A DNA stretch of 64,000 nt from Thermoproteota archaeon (GTDB lineage: Archaea; Korarchaeota; Korarchaeia; Korarchaeales; Korarchaeaceae): assembly GCA_027491915.1 (NCBI GenBank), contig JAOZGC010000002.1:64001-128000 (forward strand). Reading direction: 5' to 3'. This document shows positions 46,976-56,684 of this stretch, piece after piece. The notes beneath the pieces were generated by a model. The model had not been told where the DNA came from. It did no database searches and saw only the letters and a program-made list of their open reading frames with translations. The position numbers were made by a program, and so were the translations under genes. Position 1 is the stretch's first letter, and the number at the start of each line of letters is the position of its first letter.

Positions 46976-48226
46976 GTGCCGGTGGAATTAGACCTGGACC
47001 CCGGAGAGGGCCTGCTGGTGAGAACGCCGTGCTATCTCTCGATGGCCGGCGGCGACGTGGACGTCTGGGGCCTACCCCTGGAGGGAGGCCAGCTTAGGAT
47101 AGGAATCCCGGAGCTCACCCTCCTTGTGACCGCGCGCTCTCGAACGACGCTGAGACTGGAGGCGGTCGGCCACAGGATCGTGAGGAACCCAATACCTGAG
47201 GAGTGGTGGTCGGCCGCCGAGAAGGCCAGGGATGCGGAGAGGGTAGTCATACTGGGCGAGACCGACTCTGGGAAGAGCGGGCTTCTCTTCTACCTGGCGA
47301 ACGTCCTCTCCATATCGGGACTGAGGGTGGGAATCGTGGACTCTGACCTGGGCCAGAAGGACCTGGGCCCTCCGGCCACCGTGGCGGCGGCCGCCTTCGC
47401 CTCGCCGCCCCTCCACCCCGGCCTAGCCGAGCCGGAGTTCCTGTACTTCGTCGGAGATACAAGTCCCAGGGGGCACCTCCTTCAAGTGGTCGCCGGGGTG
47501 CGCTCATCTCTGGATTACCTGGGAAGACGCCCAGACGTCACCCTAGTAAACACCAGCGGGTACGTCTCCGGGAGCGCCGCCCGGGCGCTGAAGTATCACA
47601 AGCTGGAGGTGATCAGGCCTGATCTGGTCTTCGTAATCGGCGATCGGGGAGAGGTCTCCCACTTGCCGAGGGTGATTCCCCCAGGTCCGGAGGTCCAGAT
47701 CCTGCCAGGTCCTCCGTCCATAATCAAGAAAGACCGGTCCAGGAGATACGCCGTCAGGAGGGCCAGGTGGATCCGCTACCTGTCGGGCGCCTCTGAGACT
47801 AAAGTGGATTTCTCTGAGGTCAGGGCACTCGGAACCCTCCTCTTCACCGGAAGGCCGTCTCCGGCGGCAGCCTCGTTGGCGTCGGATCTTATCGGGAGGG
47901 AGATTAACTACCTGGAGATCTCCCCGGACGTAGTCTCCATCTTGGTCGAGGGGGGGCTCTCTAGGGCGGAGATCAGGGCACTCGCCTCGTCTTTCGGGGT
48001 TGAGGTTCGTGCCGCCGCGCCGTCCTCCTACGACGGCCTCCTGGTGGGTCTCATGTCTGAGACCGGAGGCTGTTTGGGTCTGGGACTGCTGTCGGACCTC
48101 AATCCAGGTGAGATGAGGGGTTCCGTGATCTCCAGGGTAAAGAAGTTCGCTTATGTTAAATTCGGATACATAAGACTCTCCAGATCCTTGGAGGAGATCG
48201 GGAGGAGGGAGGTGGCCGCACCGTGA
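46976..48226 (+). CDS. Clp1-family polynucleotide 5'-kinase
   Basis: GETDSGKS, DSDLGQ..LGPP, YFVG..SP, VNTSGY, lid RR..W..Y. Confidence 0.85.
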   Translation: MPVELDLDPGEGLLVRTPCYLSMAGGDVDVWGLPLEGGQLRIGIPELTLLVTARSRTTLRLEAVGHRIVRNPIPEEWWSAAEKARDAERVVILGETDSGKSGLLFYLANVLSISGLRVGIVDSDLGQKDLGPPATVAAAAFASPPLHPGLAEPEFLYFVGDTSPRGHLLQVVAGVRSSLDYLGRRPDVTLVNTSGYVSGSAARALKYHKLEVIRPDLVFVIGDRGEVSHLPRVIPPGPEVQILPGPPSIIKKDRSRRYAVRRARWIRYLSGASETKVDFSEVRALGTLLFTGRPSPAAASLASDLIGREINYLEISPDVVSILVEGGLSRAEIRALASSFGVEVRAAAPSSYDGLLVGLMSETGGCLGLGLLSDLNPGEMRGSVISRVKKFAYVKFGYIRLSRSLEEIGRREVAAP

Positions 48227-49599
48227 TGATCAAGAACTTCGGGGAGCTGCTGTCTAACGCCCCCTCGGAGGTCGACAGGAAGGCCCGCTGGCTGGCCCTG
48301 TCGGCCGTAGAGGCGGCCATACGGGAGGCTGATCCGGAGGAGGCAGTGACCTCCGCCTTATCGCTCTCTAGTGGCTCCATTGAACTCCGATCCGGCCAGA
48401 CTATTCCCCTAAGCGGAAGAGTATTCGTCGTCGGGGCAGGCAAAGCCACCGGCTTGATGTGCAAGGGGGTACTCAGAGTCCTGTCGGACCTCCCAGTAGA
48501 GGGCGCGGTGAACGTGCCCCGGGGGACCGAAGGACTATTCGATCTGAACAGCGTGGAGATCACGCCCGCGGGTCACCCCCTCCCGGATAGGGGAACCCTA
48601 GAGGGAACCCGCAAGATAGTGGAGATAGCCGAGAGATCCGGCGAGGGGGACGTCCTGATCGCCCTCATATCGGGCGGCGGGTCGGCGCTCATGGAGCTCC
48701 CTGAGGGCAATATATCTCTCAATGATCTGAGAAAAATGAACGATTTATTGATAAAATCCGGAGCTAAAATACAAGAAATAAACAGCGTTCGCAAGCACGT
48801 GTCCCGCGTCAAGGGGGGGAGGCTGGCGGCCTTGGCCCAGCCAGCCAGCGTGGTGTCCCTGATAATCTCAGACGTGATAGGAGACCCCCTGGACTCCATA
48901 GCCTCCGGGCCGACCGCCCCGGATCCGACTACCTATGAAGATGCCTGGGAAGTCATCCAGAAGTACGGACTCGGAGACGATATGCCGGAATCCATCTTGG
49001 AGGTACTCAAGAGGGGGATGAGGGGAGACCTGCCGGAGACCCCCAAGCCCGGGGATCCGGTTTTCGAAAACGTGGTCAACCTCATAGTCGCCAGCAATTG
49101 GGACTCTCTGAGGGCTGCCGAGGCCGTCCTCTCCCGAAATGGCGTTAGGGTCGTCAACTTGGGCCCCCTTGTGGAGGGAGAGGCGAGGCATGTGGGAGTC
49201 GTCCTGGCCTCGATCCTGAGGGCGGCCAGCGAGGGTAGATTTTCGACACCTCCTCCCGTGGCCCTGCTGGCCGGTGGAGAAACCACGGTGAGGGTGACCG
49301 GGAGCGGAATCGGCGGGAGAAATCAAGAGCTGGTGCTCGGCGCGGTCAAGAAGCTGGCTGGCCTGCGCGGAGTCGTTCTAACTTCTGTCGGGACCGACGG
49401 GGTAGACGGAGTCACCGAGGCGGCCGGGGCCCTGGCCGACGGATCAACCCTCGACAGGGCTTACTCCATGGGAATGGACCCTGATTTCTACTTGGAGAAC
49501 AACGACTCCAACACCTTCTTCGGCAGGTTGGGCGATCTCGTGGTGACCGGGCCCACCCTAACCAACGTCATGGACGTCATGGTGGGAGTGGCCCTGTGA
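48223..49599 (+). CDS. Glycerate 2-kinase (MOFRL family)
   Basis: GAGKA, GHPLPD, LISGGGSAL, KGGRL, SDVIGD, IASGPT, GGETTV, GGRNQE, GTDGVDG, TNVMD. Confidence 0.93.
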   Translation: MMIKNFGELLSNAPSEVDRKARWLALSAVEAAIREADPEEAVTSALSLSSGSIELRSGQTIPLSGRVFVVGAGKATGLMCKGVLRVLSDLPVEGAVNVPRGTEGLFDLNSVEITPAGHPLPDRGTLEGTRKIVEIAERSGEGDVLIALISGGGSALMELPEGNISLNDLRKMNDLLIKSGAKIQEINSVRKHVSRVKGGRLAALAQPASVVSLIISDVIGDPLDSIASGPTAPDPTTYEDAWEVIQKYGLGDDMPESILEVLKRGMRGDLPETPKPGDPVFENVVNLIVASNWDSLRAAEAVLSRNGVRVVNLGPLVEGEARHVGVVLASILRAASEGRFSTPPPVALLAGGETTVRVTGSGIGGRNQELVLGAVKKLAGLRGVVLTSVGTDGVDGVTEAAGALADGSTLDRAYSMGMDPDFYLENNDSNTFFGRLGDLVVTGPTLTNVMDVMVGVAL

Positions 49600-49643
49600 A
49601 CCTCGGCCCTTATTAATTCGGCCAGCCCAGATCTTAGGAGAGA

Positions 49644-49958
49644 ATGCCTAGGCGCAACCCGAAGGCCAAGCCCGGCGGGACGGGCGGCAGGCGCAGGTGG
49701 CTTGGCAGGAGGGGTCGGGTCAACCTCTCCACCCACAAGTCAGCCATCCCCCAACGGCCGATAGCCACCGAGGAGAGGGGTCCCAGGGAGGGAGACAGGA
49801 TAGAGGTCCTGATAACCGACGTGAACAGGAGGGGGGAGGGCGTCGGGAGCTACGGGAACATGAGGGTTACCGTGAGGGGGGCGGCCGATCCGGGCGAGAT
49901 CGTCCGGGCCGTGGTTAAGAGGATCAGGGGTAGAGAGATCTACGCGGAGATGGAATGA
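49644..49958 (+). CDS. Single TRAM-domain RNA-binding protein
   Basis: Basic N-terminus then EGDRIEVLITDVNRRGEGVG...V.GA.PGE.V. Confidence 0.8.
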   Translation: MPRRNPKAKPGGTGGRRRWLGRRGRVNLSTHKSAIPQRPIATEERGPREGDRIEVLITDVNRRGEGVGSYGNMRVTVRGAADPGEIVRAVVKRIRGREIYAEME

Positions 49959-50680
49959 CGAGGTCGCCTCGCGGATCCGGACTTAGGAGGGCGCTCTTGG
50001 ATCTGGGCCTGACCCCGAAACAGGTCGAAGTCTACGTCGGGCTCTTGAGGGTGGGAGTCCCCCTCTCAGCGGCGGAGGTCGCCGAGATCGTGGGCATCCA
50101 CAGGACCGGAGTATACAGGATCCTGTCGGAGCTGGAGAATATGGGTCTGATCAGGACGACTCCGGGCAGGCCTGCCCACTTTGCCGCCAGGCCTATCGGG
50201 GAGGCCGTCGGCTCTCTGGTGTCTATCGAGTTGGAGAGGATCTACTCCTCCGCGATGGAGGCCCTCAACTTCAGGGCCCCCCTGTGGAGCGACGACTCTG
50301 AGTTCAGATTGGGGATAGACCTCCTAACTGTGAGGGGGGCCAGGGCCGTCAAGACGCTCCTCTTGGACCTGATCAGATCCGCCCAGAAGAGGATCCTGAT
50401 ATTGAAATCCGGGACGTTCGAGGAAATCTTCAGATCGGTTGAGGGGGAACTGCGTGCGGCCCGAGAGGCAGGGATAGAGGTTATCCTGAGGACCACCAGG
50501 CGGGTACAAGAGGTTGGGGGGGCCTCATCGGACTCCGGATGGACCATCTTGGCACTGCCTAGCTCCGATGGTGGAATCGTAGCGATCGCGAGCAGCAGAG
50601 AACCCACCTCCGGGGTCCTCAAGAAAGTTCTGGCCTCGCTCTCCGGAGCGAATACCTTTATCCATCGCCGGGGGATCTGA
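49955..50680 (+). CDS. TrmB-family transcriptional regulator
   Basis: LGLT..QVEVYVGLL, HTH with VYRILSELE.MGLI, GRP..F. Confidence 0.85.
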   Translation: MTRSPRGSGLRRALLDLGLTPKQVEVYVGLLRVGVPLSAAEVAEIVGIHRTGVYRILSELENMGLIRTTPGRPAHFAARPIGEAVGSLVSIELERIYSSAMEALNFRAPLWSDDSEFRLGIDLLTVRGARAVKTLLLDLIRSAQKRILILKSGTFEEIFRSVEGELRAAREAGIEVILRTTRRVQEVGGASSDSGWTILALPSSDGGIVAIASSREPTSGVLKKVLASLSGANTFIHRRGI

Positions 50681-50692
50681 GGTCGACCCGAG

Positions 50693-51061
50693 ATGCCTGT
50701 CGATTGTGGAGAGGGCAAGGGAGATAAGAAGCCGGAAGTGGTATCCCTCAGGCTCTCTTCGATCAGGGATCTCGCTAGACTGGCCTCCTCCGTGTCTCAG
50801 GTCGTGGCCCTCATCTACTTTGAGAAGGAAGGCGTCAACGTCCTGGGGACATTCGCACAGCCCTTCGGATCAGTGGACTACACCATTTTCTCCTACGCGG
50901 TCGTGGACTCACCCCCAGAAGGAAACTTCCTGGTTTACTCGGCCGAGGAGACTGGAGAGGAAGTCTCCTACTCCAATTTCATACAGTCCGGTGGGAGATA
51001 CTCCGTCTTCCCCATAATAAAACTTGAAAGTCCCCCGAATTGGCTGCCCCTATGCGTCTGA
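50693..51061 (+). CDS. Conserved hypothetical protein
   Basis: SIRDLARLAS...FPIIKL resembles small TACK-type hypothetical proteins; fits the operon. Confidence 0.55.
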   Translation: MPVDCGEGKGDKKPEVVSLRLSSIRDLARLASSVSQVVALIYFEKEGVNVLGTFAQPFGSVDYTIFSYAVVDSPPEGNFLVYSAEETGEEVSYSNFIQSGGRYSVFPIIKLESPPNWLPLCV

Positions 51062-51085
51062 CACCCTTCCGTCGAGGGGGGATCC

Positions 51086-52363
51086 ATGAGGATCTACGCC
51101 GACCTCCACGTCCACTCTCTCTTCAGCAGGGCGACCAGCTCCTCCATGGACATCCCGAGGATGGCCGCCGGGGCGGCAAAGAAGGGGCTCAACCTCATAG
51201 GGACCGGCGACTTCACCCATCCGGCGTGGCTCTCGAAGCTGAGGGAGGTCCTCTCTGAGTCAGAATTTCCTGGTTTTTTCACCTATAAAGACGACATTAA
51301 CGTCTTTTTTATATTACAAACCGAGATAAACGTCGAATTTTATCAGAATGACTCCATTAAGAAGATACACCTGATCCTGCTCGCCCCGGACTTCGACTCG
51401 GTCGAGGAGGTCAGGAGGGTGCTCTCCAAGTGGGGCGACCTGACGTCAGACGGCAGGCCCACCGTCAGGGTGGACGCGCCCACCCTAGTCGAGGAGGTGA
51501 CAGAGGCCGACGACCGGGTCGAGGTGATTCCAGCGCACATCTGGACCCCCTGGTACTCCCTCTTCGGCTCGAAACACGGGTTTGACTCACTGGAGGAGGC
51601 TTTCGGATCTCAGGTCGGGAAGATCCACGCGCTAGAGACCGGTCTCTCCTCTGACCCACCTATGAATTGGAGGGTCAGCTCCCTAGATCGATTCAAGCTG
51701 ATAAGCAACTCCGACGCCCACTCTCCTCATCCCTGGCGGATCGGCAGGGAATTCAACGTCTTCGAGCTCTCAGATCTTGGATACGACGGCCTGTTGAAGG
51801 CCCTCCGATCAAATTCTGAGCGAAATCGATTGGTGATGACCGTGGAGGTGGATCCGGCGTACGGCAAGTATCACTACGACGGCCACAGATCCTGCGGCGT
51901 CCGCCTCCACCCCAGAGAGGCCAAGAGATTAGGCAACAGGTGCCCCGTGTGCGGCAGGCCCCTGACGGTGGGGGTGCTCCACAGGGTCGAGGATCTGGCC
52001 GACAGGCCGGAGGGCTACGTCCCACCGGGCGCCCCACGATTTGTGGACACGGTCCCCCTGCCGGTGTTGATCTCGTCGGTTTTGGGAAGGTCAACCTACT
52101 CGAGGGTCGTAACCAACACCTACGAAGAGTTGATATCAAAATTTGGGAGCGAGATAGAGTTACTGCTGAACTCCCCCATGAAAGAGGTGGTCAAGGTTGC
52201 CGGGAAGAGACTCGGCCATGCCCTTCGGGCCATGAGGGATGGGAGACTCCGGATCGAGCCAGGTTACGACGGGGTCTACGGCGAGGTTAAAGTGGATCTC
52301 GATCAGGTCGGATCCGCGGGAGGACGCGGGAGCGATTTTTCCGGTCTGGAGGACTACCTATGA
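51086..52363 (+). CDS. Endonuclease Q (PHP domain, TIGR00375)
   Basis: ADLHVHS.FSRATS, GTGDFTHP, PAHIWTPW, ETGLSSDP, SNSDAHS, GKYHYDGHR.C, CPVCG, PGYDGVYG. Confidence 0.92.
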   Translation: MRIYADLHVHSLFSRATSSSMDIPRMAAGAAKKGLNLIGTGDFTHPAWLSKLREVLSESEFPGFFTYKDDINVFFILQTEINVEFYQNDSIKKIHLILLAPDFDSVEEVRRVLSKWGDLTSDGRPTVRVDAPTLVEEVTEADDRVEVIPAHIWTPWYSLFGSKHGFDSLEEAFGSQVGKIHALETGLSSDPPMNWRVSSLDRFKLISNSDAHSPHPWRIGREFNVFELSDLGYDGLLKALRSNSERNRLVMTVEVDPAYGKYHYDGHRSCGVRLHPREAKRLGNRCPVCGRPLTVGVLHRVEDLADRPEGYVPPGAPRFVDTVPLPVLISSVLGRSTYSRVVTNTYEELISKFGSEIELLLNSPMKEVVKVAGKRLGHALRAMRDGRLRIEPGYDGVYGEVKVDLDQVGSAGGRGSDFSGLEDYL

Positions 52364-52722
52364 GGGAAAAAGGAGTCTCGCTGGGAAAGACCTTGGTCCT
52401 CACTCTGATCCTAGCCTCCGTCTCGAGCGTTTACCTATCTCTGAGAACCCGCCCACAGCCGGAGCTGAACCTGGAGCTCTCCGCCGCCGGGGGGTCGGCC
52501 GTCCTGAGAATTACCGACGTAGGTAAGGGTGCCGCGGAGCTGGAGCTAATAGTAATACGCCTTTCCCGCGACTCCCCCTTTCTCCTCAGGGCGAGGGGTC
52601 TCCGCGTTGATCCGGGTGAGACAATACAGGTAGACCTGGGGGTTGACCCTTCGGACGTCGAGTGGGTCTCTGTGATCACCCTTCAGGGGGACTGCTTCTC
52701 AGCCCGCCCAGGAGCTCCCTGA
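52360..52722 (+). CDS. Putative archaeal pilin-like protein
   Basis: MREKG|VS plus hydrophobic helix; Ig-like ITDVG...VDPGE...VITLQG. Confidence 0.5.
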   Translation: MREKGVSLGKTLVLTLILASVSSVYLSLRTRPQPELNLELSAAGGSAVLRITDVGKGAAELELIVIRLSRDSPFLLRARGLRVDPGETIQVDLGVDPSDVEWVSVITLQGDCFSARPGAP

Positions 52723-53455
52723 TCCTGCTGGGGGAGTACACCCCTATCGCCGCCCCTGGGAGGCGAGGACCCACCCTCGGTACGAGGCCCACGCCGCGGG
52801 TGTTCCCCTTGCAAAAGACGGCGTGGGCCAGGAAGGCCAGCCTCTCAATCCCAACAACATCTCTTGCGTGGTCGCTCTTCCTCAAGGCCCTCCTGACATC
52901 CCTCAGGGTGGCCCCAGTTATGACGAGTACGTCCAGGTTCCTGGCCATCCACCTGTCGTACATCTCCAGGGTTTCCCGGCCCAGCTCTCCCTCGACGGTC
53001 CCCCGCCCCATCCTGGTTATCCTCACCATGAGGGGCATGTGTTCGACCATCCCCCAGAGCCACAGGATCTTTCTCAGCGGTAACCTCCTTCCTCCTGTAA
53101 GATCTCTCCTCAGAGAGAAGAGGGGGATTAAGACGTCCTTGGATCCAGGGAAGAAGTCCACGTAGATCCCGTATCCGTACTTTCCCGGCTCGACCAGGAA
53201 CCCCCTAACCTCGTCTCCTGGGGACACGGCTCCCACGTCCTTCACCTGACCGTACCTCAGCTTCACCAGGTTCGCCGCCGCTACCTCGTCCTCCCCGTCT
53301 ATCTCGACCTCCACCCATCCCCCTTCAATGATCCTCACGTCCAGCGAGTCTATCTTGAGATCCTCAAGGGAGGATGCTATCTCCCAGCCGAGCCTCTCCA
53401 GCTTGTCCTGCCTGTTCTTCCCATATATCTTCTCCCCCAAGACTATCCTCATCAT
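52676..53455 (-). CDS. DUF2110 family protein
   Basis: GEDEVAAANL, GYGIYVD, IERL..L.H...CK..T...G; usual neighbour of tfe. Confidence 0.8.
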   Translation of the reverse strand: MMRIVLGEKIYGKNRQDKLERLGWEIASSLEDLKIDSLDVRIIEGGWVEVEIDGEDEVAAANLVKLRYGQVKDVGAVSPGDEVRGFLVEPGKYGYGIYVDFFPGSKDVLIPLFSLRRDLTGGRRLPLRKILWLWGMVEHMPLMVRITRMGRGTVEGELGRETLEMYDRWMARNLDVLVITGATLRDVRRALRKSDHARDVVGIERLAFLAHAVFCKGNTRGVGLVPRVGPRLPGAAIGVYSPSRIRELLGGLRSSPPEG

Positions 53456-53994
53456 TCCTGCTCTCCCAGTAGAGCGTCTTCTATTCTGTCGAGCGTGGAT
53501 AAGAGATTCCTTATCTTATCCAAATTTCTGCTCCTGTCTGCCGGCTCGAGCAGTGCCCCGCACACCGGGCAGGAAGGCGGCTCTCCCCCCAGGAACTCCA
53601 TCAGTATCTCGTCGAAGGGGGCCCTGTAGTGGGACGGATCCGCGGCGCACACGTAATACTCGACGTTCTCCTCTAGGTGAGACCTCTCCAGGAGCGCCCG
53701 TCTGACCATTTCTATCCTACCTCTGAGGAAATCCCTGACGGCCCCGTAGTTAATCCTCCAGTAGACGTGCTTCGTCCCGTCCTTGGTCTCCTTCACCCTG
53801 ACCCTGTGGGCTAAGTTGGCGTCCTGCAGCATGTACAGCATCTTCCTTGTCTCCTGCTGGGATATGCCCATCCTGATGGATATCCTGGTCTCCTCCACTA
53901 TCCCTTTCCTCATGGCCTCCCTCAGTCTGTGGGCCAGATCGAAGTCCTGGACCACTGCCGCGATGGCTAGGTCGACGAGGTCCTCCTCACCCAT
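53452..53994 (-). CDS. tfe: Transcription factor E (TFIIE-alpha)
   Basis: Winged helix (ETRKMLY.L..ANL...YW), YYVC...CPVCG Zn ribbon. Confidence 0.88.
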   Translation of the reverse strand: MGEEDLVDLAIAAVVQDFDLAHRLREAMRKGIVEETRISIRMGISQQETRKMLYMLQDANLAHRVRVKETKDGTKHVYWRINYGAVRDFLRGRIEMVRRALLERSHLEENVEYYVCAADPSHYRAPFDEILMEFLGGEPPSCPVCGALLEPADRSRNLDKIRNLLSTLDRIEDALLGEQE

Positions 53995-54058
53995 CTCCCG
54001 CCCTCAACCTTCCCGGGTAAATATTATAGAATCACCACCCTGAGCCAAGTTACGGGGA

Positions 54059-54131
54059 GCCCCGGTAGCTCAGTTGGCGGAGCGGCCGCCTCGTAAGCGG
54101 CAGGTCGCGGGTTCGAATCCCGCCCGGGGCT
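54059..54131 (+). tRNA. tRNA-Thr(CGT), no encoded CCA
   Basis: GCCCCGGTAGCTCAG...GCCGC-CTCGTAA-GCGGC...GGTTCGAATCC...CCGGGGCT. Confidence 0.95.
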
Positions 54132-54244
54132 TGCACTCATCTCCCCTCTAAGATCTTGAAAAATCGCACTTCGCCTGAAGATCGCCCGGATGGGTGAGAG
54201 GAGAGAGTTCCTTCCATCCGTATCTTCACGTCGTGGATGGGGGA

Positions 54245-54317
54245 TGGGGCCGCCGGGATTTGAACCCGGGTCTCGAGGTCCCGAACCTCGTAGGATGCCA
54301 AGCTACCCCACGGCCCC
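54245..54317 (-). tRNA. tRNA-Pro(CGG), no encoded CCA
   Basis: Reverse complement GGGGCCGTGGGGTAGC...CGAGG-TTCGGGA-CCTCG...GGTTCAAATCC...CGGCCCCA. Confidence 0.95.
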
Positions 54318-54842
54318 GCCCCGCCGCGCTCCGTCCCCTCGTTTTAAAATTTGCTCGGCCCTCTCAGTGATCTCTGGTTTGAGGGACCTGTAAGTCGACT
54401 CTAGCGACTCGCTGACGACCTTGGTGTCGGCTATAACCGGCATGAAGTTTGTGTCTCCGCTCCACCTTGGGACCACGTGCACGTGTAGGTGTCCCTCAAA
54501 GCCGGCGCCTGCTATCCTGCCCAGGTTCATCCCCAAATTGAAACCGTGAGGTTCCATGACCGATTCCAGGGCACCTATCGATGCCCTCACCAGCGAGAAG
54601 ATCTCCCAGGCCTCCTCCCACCCTAGGTCTCTCGGGGACGCCACGTGTCTGTAGGGGGCCACCATCAGGTGACCCGGATTGTAGGGGAACCTGTTCATCA
54701 GTATGTAGGCCCTTTCTCCCCTGAAAAGTATTAAATTTTCCTCATCATTTCCTCCTGGAAGTTCACAAAATATGCATCCTTTCCGATCCTTCGCCGCCAC
54801 TTTTATATAATTTACCCTCCAAGTGGCCCACAGCCTCTCCAT
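54303..54842 (-). CDS. HIT-family hydrolase (Ap4A phosphorylase-like)
   Basis: LWATWR..YI, CIFC, N.FPYNPGHLMV, HLHVHVVPRW.GD.NF. Confidence 0.93.
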   Translation of the reverse strand: MERLWATWRVNYIKVAAKDRKGCIFCELPGGNDEENLILFRGERAYILMNRFPYNPGHLMVAPYRHVASPRDLGWEEAWEIFSLVRASIGALESVMEPHGFNLGMNLGRIAGAGFEGHLHVHVVPRWSGDTNFMPVIADTKVVSESLESTYRSLKPEITERAEQILKRGDGARRGGAVG

Positions 54843-54909
54843 ATCGATCGGGGCGGGCGGCGCGGCGGACTTATTTAGGGCTGCCCACGATCGGACCCGG
54901 TGGCCTCCC

Positions 54910-55509
54910 TTGTCAGAGGAGATCTACGTCTGCGAGGTCTGTGGGGGAACCTTCTTTGGCCGGCCGATAAAGGTAAAGGTGGACGGCTACACCGCGTTGG
55001 TCTGTCCCTCGTGCGCGAGGACCATAAGGCACCAGGCTGGAAGACGAAGGGAACCCGTCGATCTGAGTGGCAGGAGGGCTTCCGCGCCCCTGAGGGAGGC
55101 CCGGTCGAGACCCATGAGGCCCAAGGTCTCCACGAAGGAGACCGTCAGGGCGAGGGAGGTCAAAAGAGAGGAGGCTAGGATCGCCGCCAGGCTGAGTCCA
55201 GACACCTACGAGCTGGTGGAAGGTTACGGATCCGTGCTGAGACGGGCCAGGGAGGAGATGGGGCTGACCCTAGATCAGGTTGCCAAGGCCGTCAACATAA
55301 AGACGTCCCTCCTCCGAAATATAGAGACCGAGAGGATGGTCCCTCCCCTCAGGATTGTCAGGGCCTTGGAGAAGTTGTTGGACGTAAAGATAACCACGGT
55401 GGTCTCGGATGTTGAATCGGCCGCCGCCCCTCCCGCCTCGGACACCCAGGACAGACCCCTTACCCTGGGCGAGATATTGGAACTGAAGAAGAGGAGAGCG
55501 GTCGATTAG
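54910..55509 (+). CDS. Multiprotein bridging factor aMBF1
   Basis: CEVCG...VCPSC Zn ribbon, ELVEGYG..LRRARE HTH, LTLGE. Confidence 0.9.
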   Translation: MSEEIYVCEVCGGTFFGRPIKVKVDGYTALVCPSCARTIRHQAGRRREPVDLSGRRASAPLREARSRPMRPKVSTKETVRAREVKREEARIAARLSPDTYELVEGYGSVLRRAREEMGLTLDQVAKAVNIKTSLLRNIETERMVPPLRIVRALEKLLDVKITTVVSDVESAAAPPASDTQDRPLTLGEILELKKRRAVD

Positions 55510-55523
55510 AGTCGGGATCACAG

Positions 55524-56684
55524 ATGCCGACCAACATTCCTCCAGAGGCCTGGGCCAAATTTGAGGAGTATAAATCGGCCAGGACCCCTGAGGAGAAGCT
55601 GCGGAAGCTGAGGGAGTTCCTGGCCCTGATGCCCAAGCACAAGGGAACTGAGAAGATGGAAAAATTCGTTAGGAGGAGAATATCTCAACTTAGAGAGGAA
55701 ATAGAGAAAAAAAGAATGAAAAAATCTGGGAGGAGGGGCCTCCTCGTTGAGAAGAGGGGGGCGGCCCAGATAGTGCTGCTGGGATTCACCAACTCCGGGA
55801 GGAGCACCGTCCTTTCCGCGTTGACGAACGCCAGGCCGCCCATCTCCCCCTCACCCTTCACCACCTCCAAACCCGTCGAGGGTATGATGCAGTTCAGGGG
55901 GGCTCAGGTCCAGGTGGTCGAGGCCCCCCCACTCGTTAGGGGGGGTGGGGGAACCAGTCCGATCGCCTTGGCCCTCGCCTCGAACTCGGACGTTCTCGGA
56001 GTTGTCGTGGACGGGACCGGTGATCCCGTCGGCGACGCCGAGGAGATCATGAATGTGCTCTCCTCCCGGGGAATAGGCGTAGGTCGAAGTGGAGGGAGGG
56101 TCAGGGTGAGGCGGACTCAGGGCGTCCCCACCATCGTGGTTAGGAACAGGGGCACTATCCTGGACGGGGACGAGTCCGATCTGAGGTCTGCATTGGAGTC
56201 TCTTGGAATACACAGGGCCGTGGTCGAGATAATCGGCAGGGTGACCCTGGCAGACGTCGAGAGGGCAATCCTCGGAGAGAGGAGCCATAAACCGGCGGTG
56301 GCTTTCGTGACCCGATGCGATTTGAGGCGAGGCCTACTCGGCTGCGGGAACCTGAGGTCCAGGCTGGGGGACAGGCTGGCCGACGTGATCTGCTTCTCTC
56401 CAGAGAACCCGCCAGATCCCGAGGACCTCGGTCCCCGGATCCTGAAACTCCTCGGTCTGATAAGGGTATTCACCAAACCGGTCGGTCAGAAGACCCCCTC
56501 TGAGAGGGCCCTAATACTCGAGGAGGAGTCCACCGTGGCCGACGCCGCAAGGGCAATACACCGGGATCTGGTCGATAGGATGAGGTACGCCAGGGTCTGG
56601 TCTGAGAGGCTCCCATATAGCCCTATGAGGGTGGGCCCTGATTTCAGGCTGGAGGACCTAGACGTGCTGGAGATAAGGGTGTGA
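55524..56684 (+). CDS. DRG/OBG-family GTPase with TGS domain, degenerate G motifs
   Basis: MPTNIPPEA, PKHKGTEK, GAAQ, G1 GFTNSGRST, IRVFTK, TGS domain. Confidence 0.88.
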   Translation: MPTNIPPEAWAKFEEYKSARTPEEKLRKLREFLALMPKHKGTEKMEKFVRRRISQLREEIEKKRMKKSGRRGLLVEKRGAAQIVLLGFTNSGRSTVLSALTNARPPISPSPFTTSKPVEGMMQFRGAQVQVVEAPPLVRGGGGTSPIALALASNSDVLGVVVDGTGDPVGDAEEIMNVLSSRGIGVGRSGGRVRVRRTQGVPTIVVRNRGTILDGDESDLRSALESLGIHRAVVEIIGRVTLADVERAILGERSHKPAVAFVTRCDLRRGLLGCGNLRSRLGDRLADVICFSPENPPDPEDLGPRILKLLGLIRVFTKPVGQKTPSERALILEEESTVADAARAIHRDLVDRMRYARVWSERLPYSPMRVGPDFRLEDLDVLEIRV

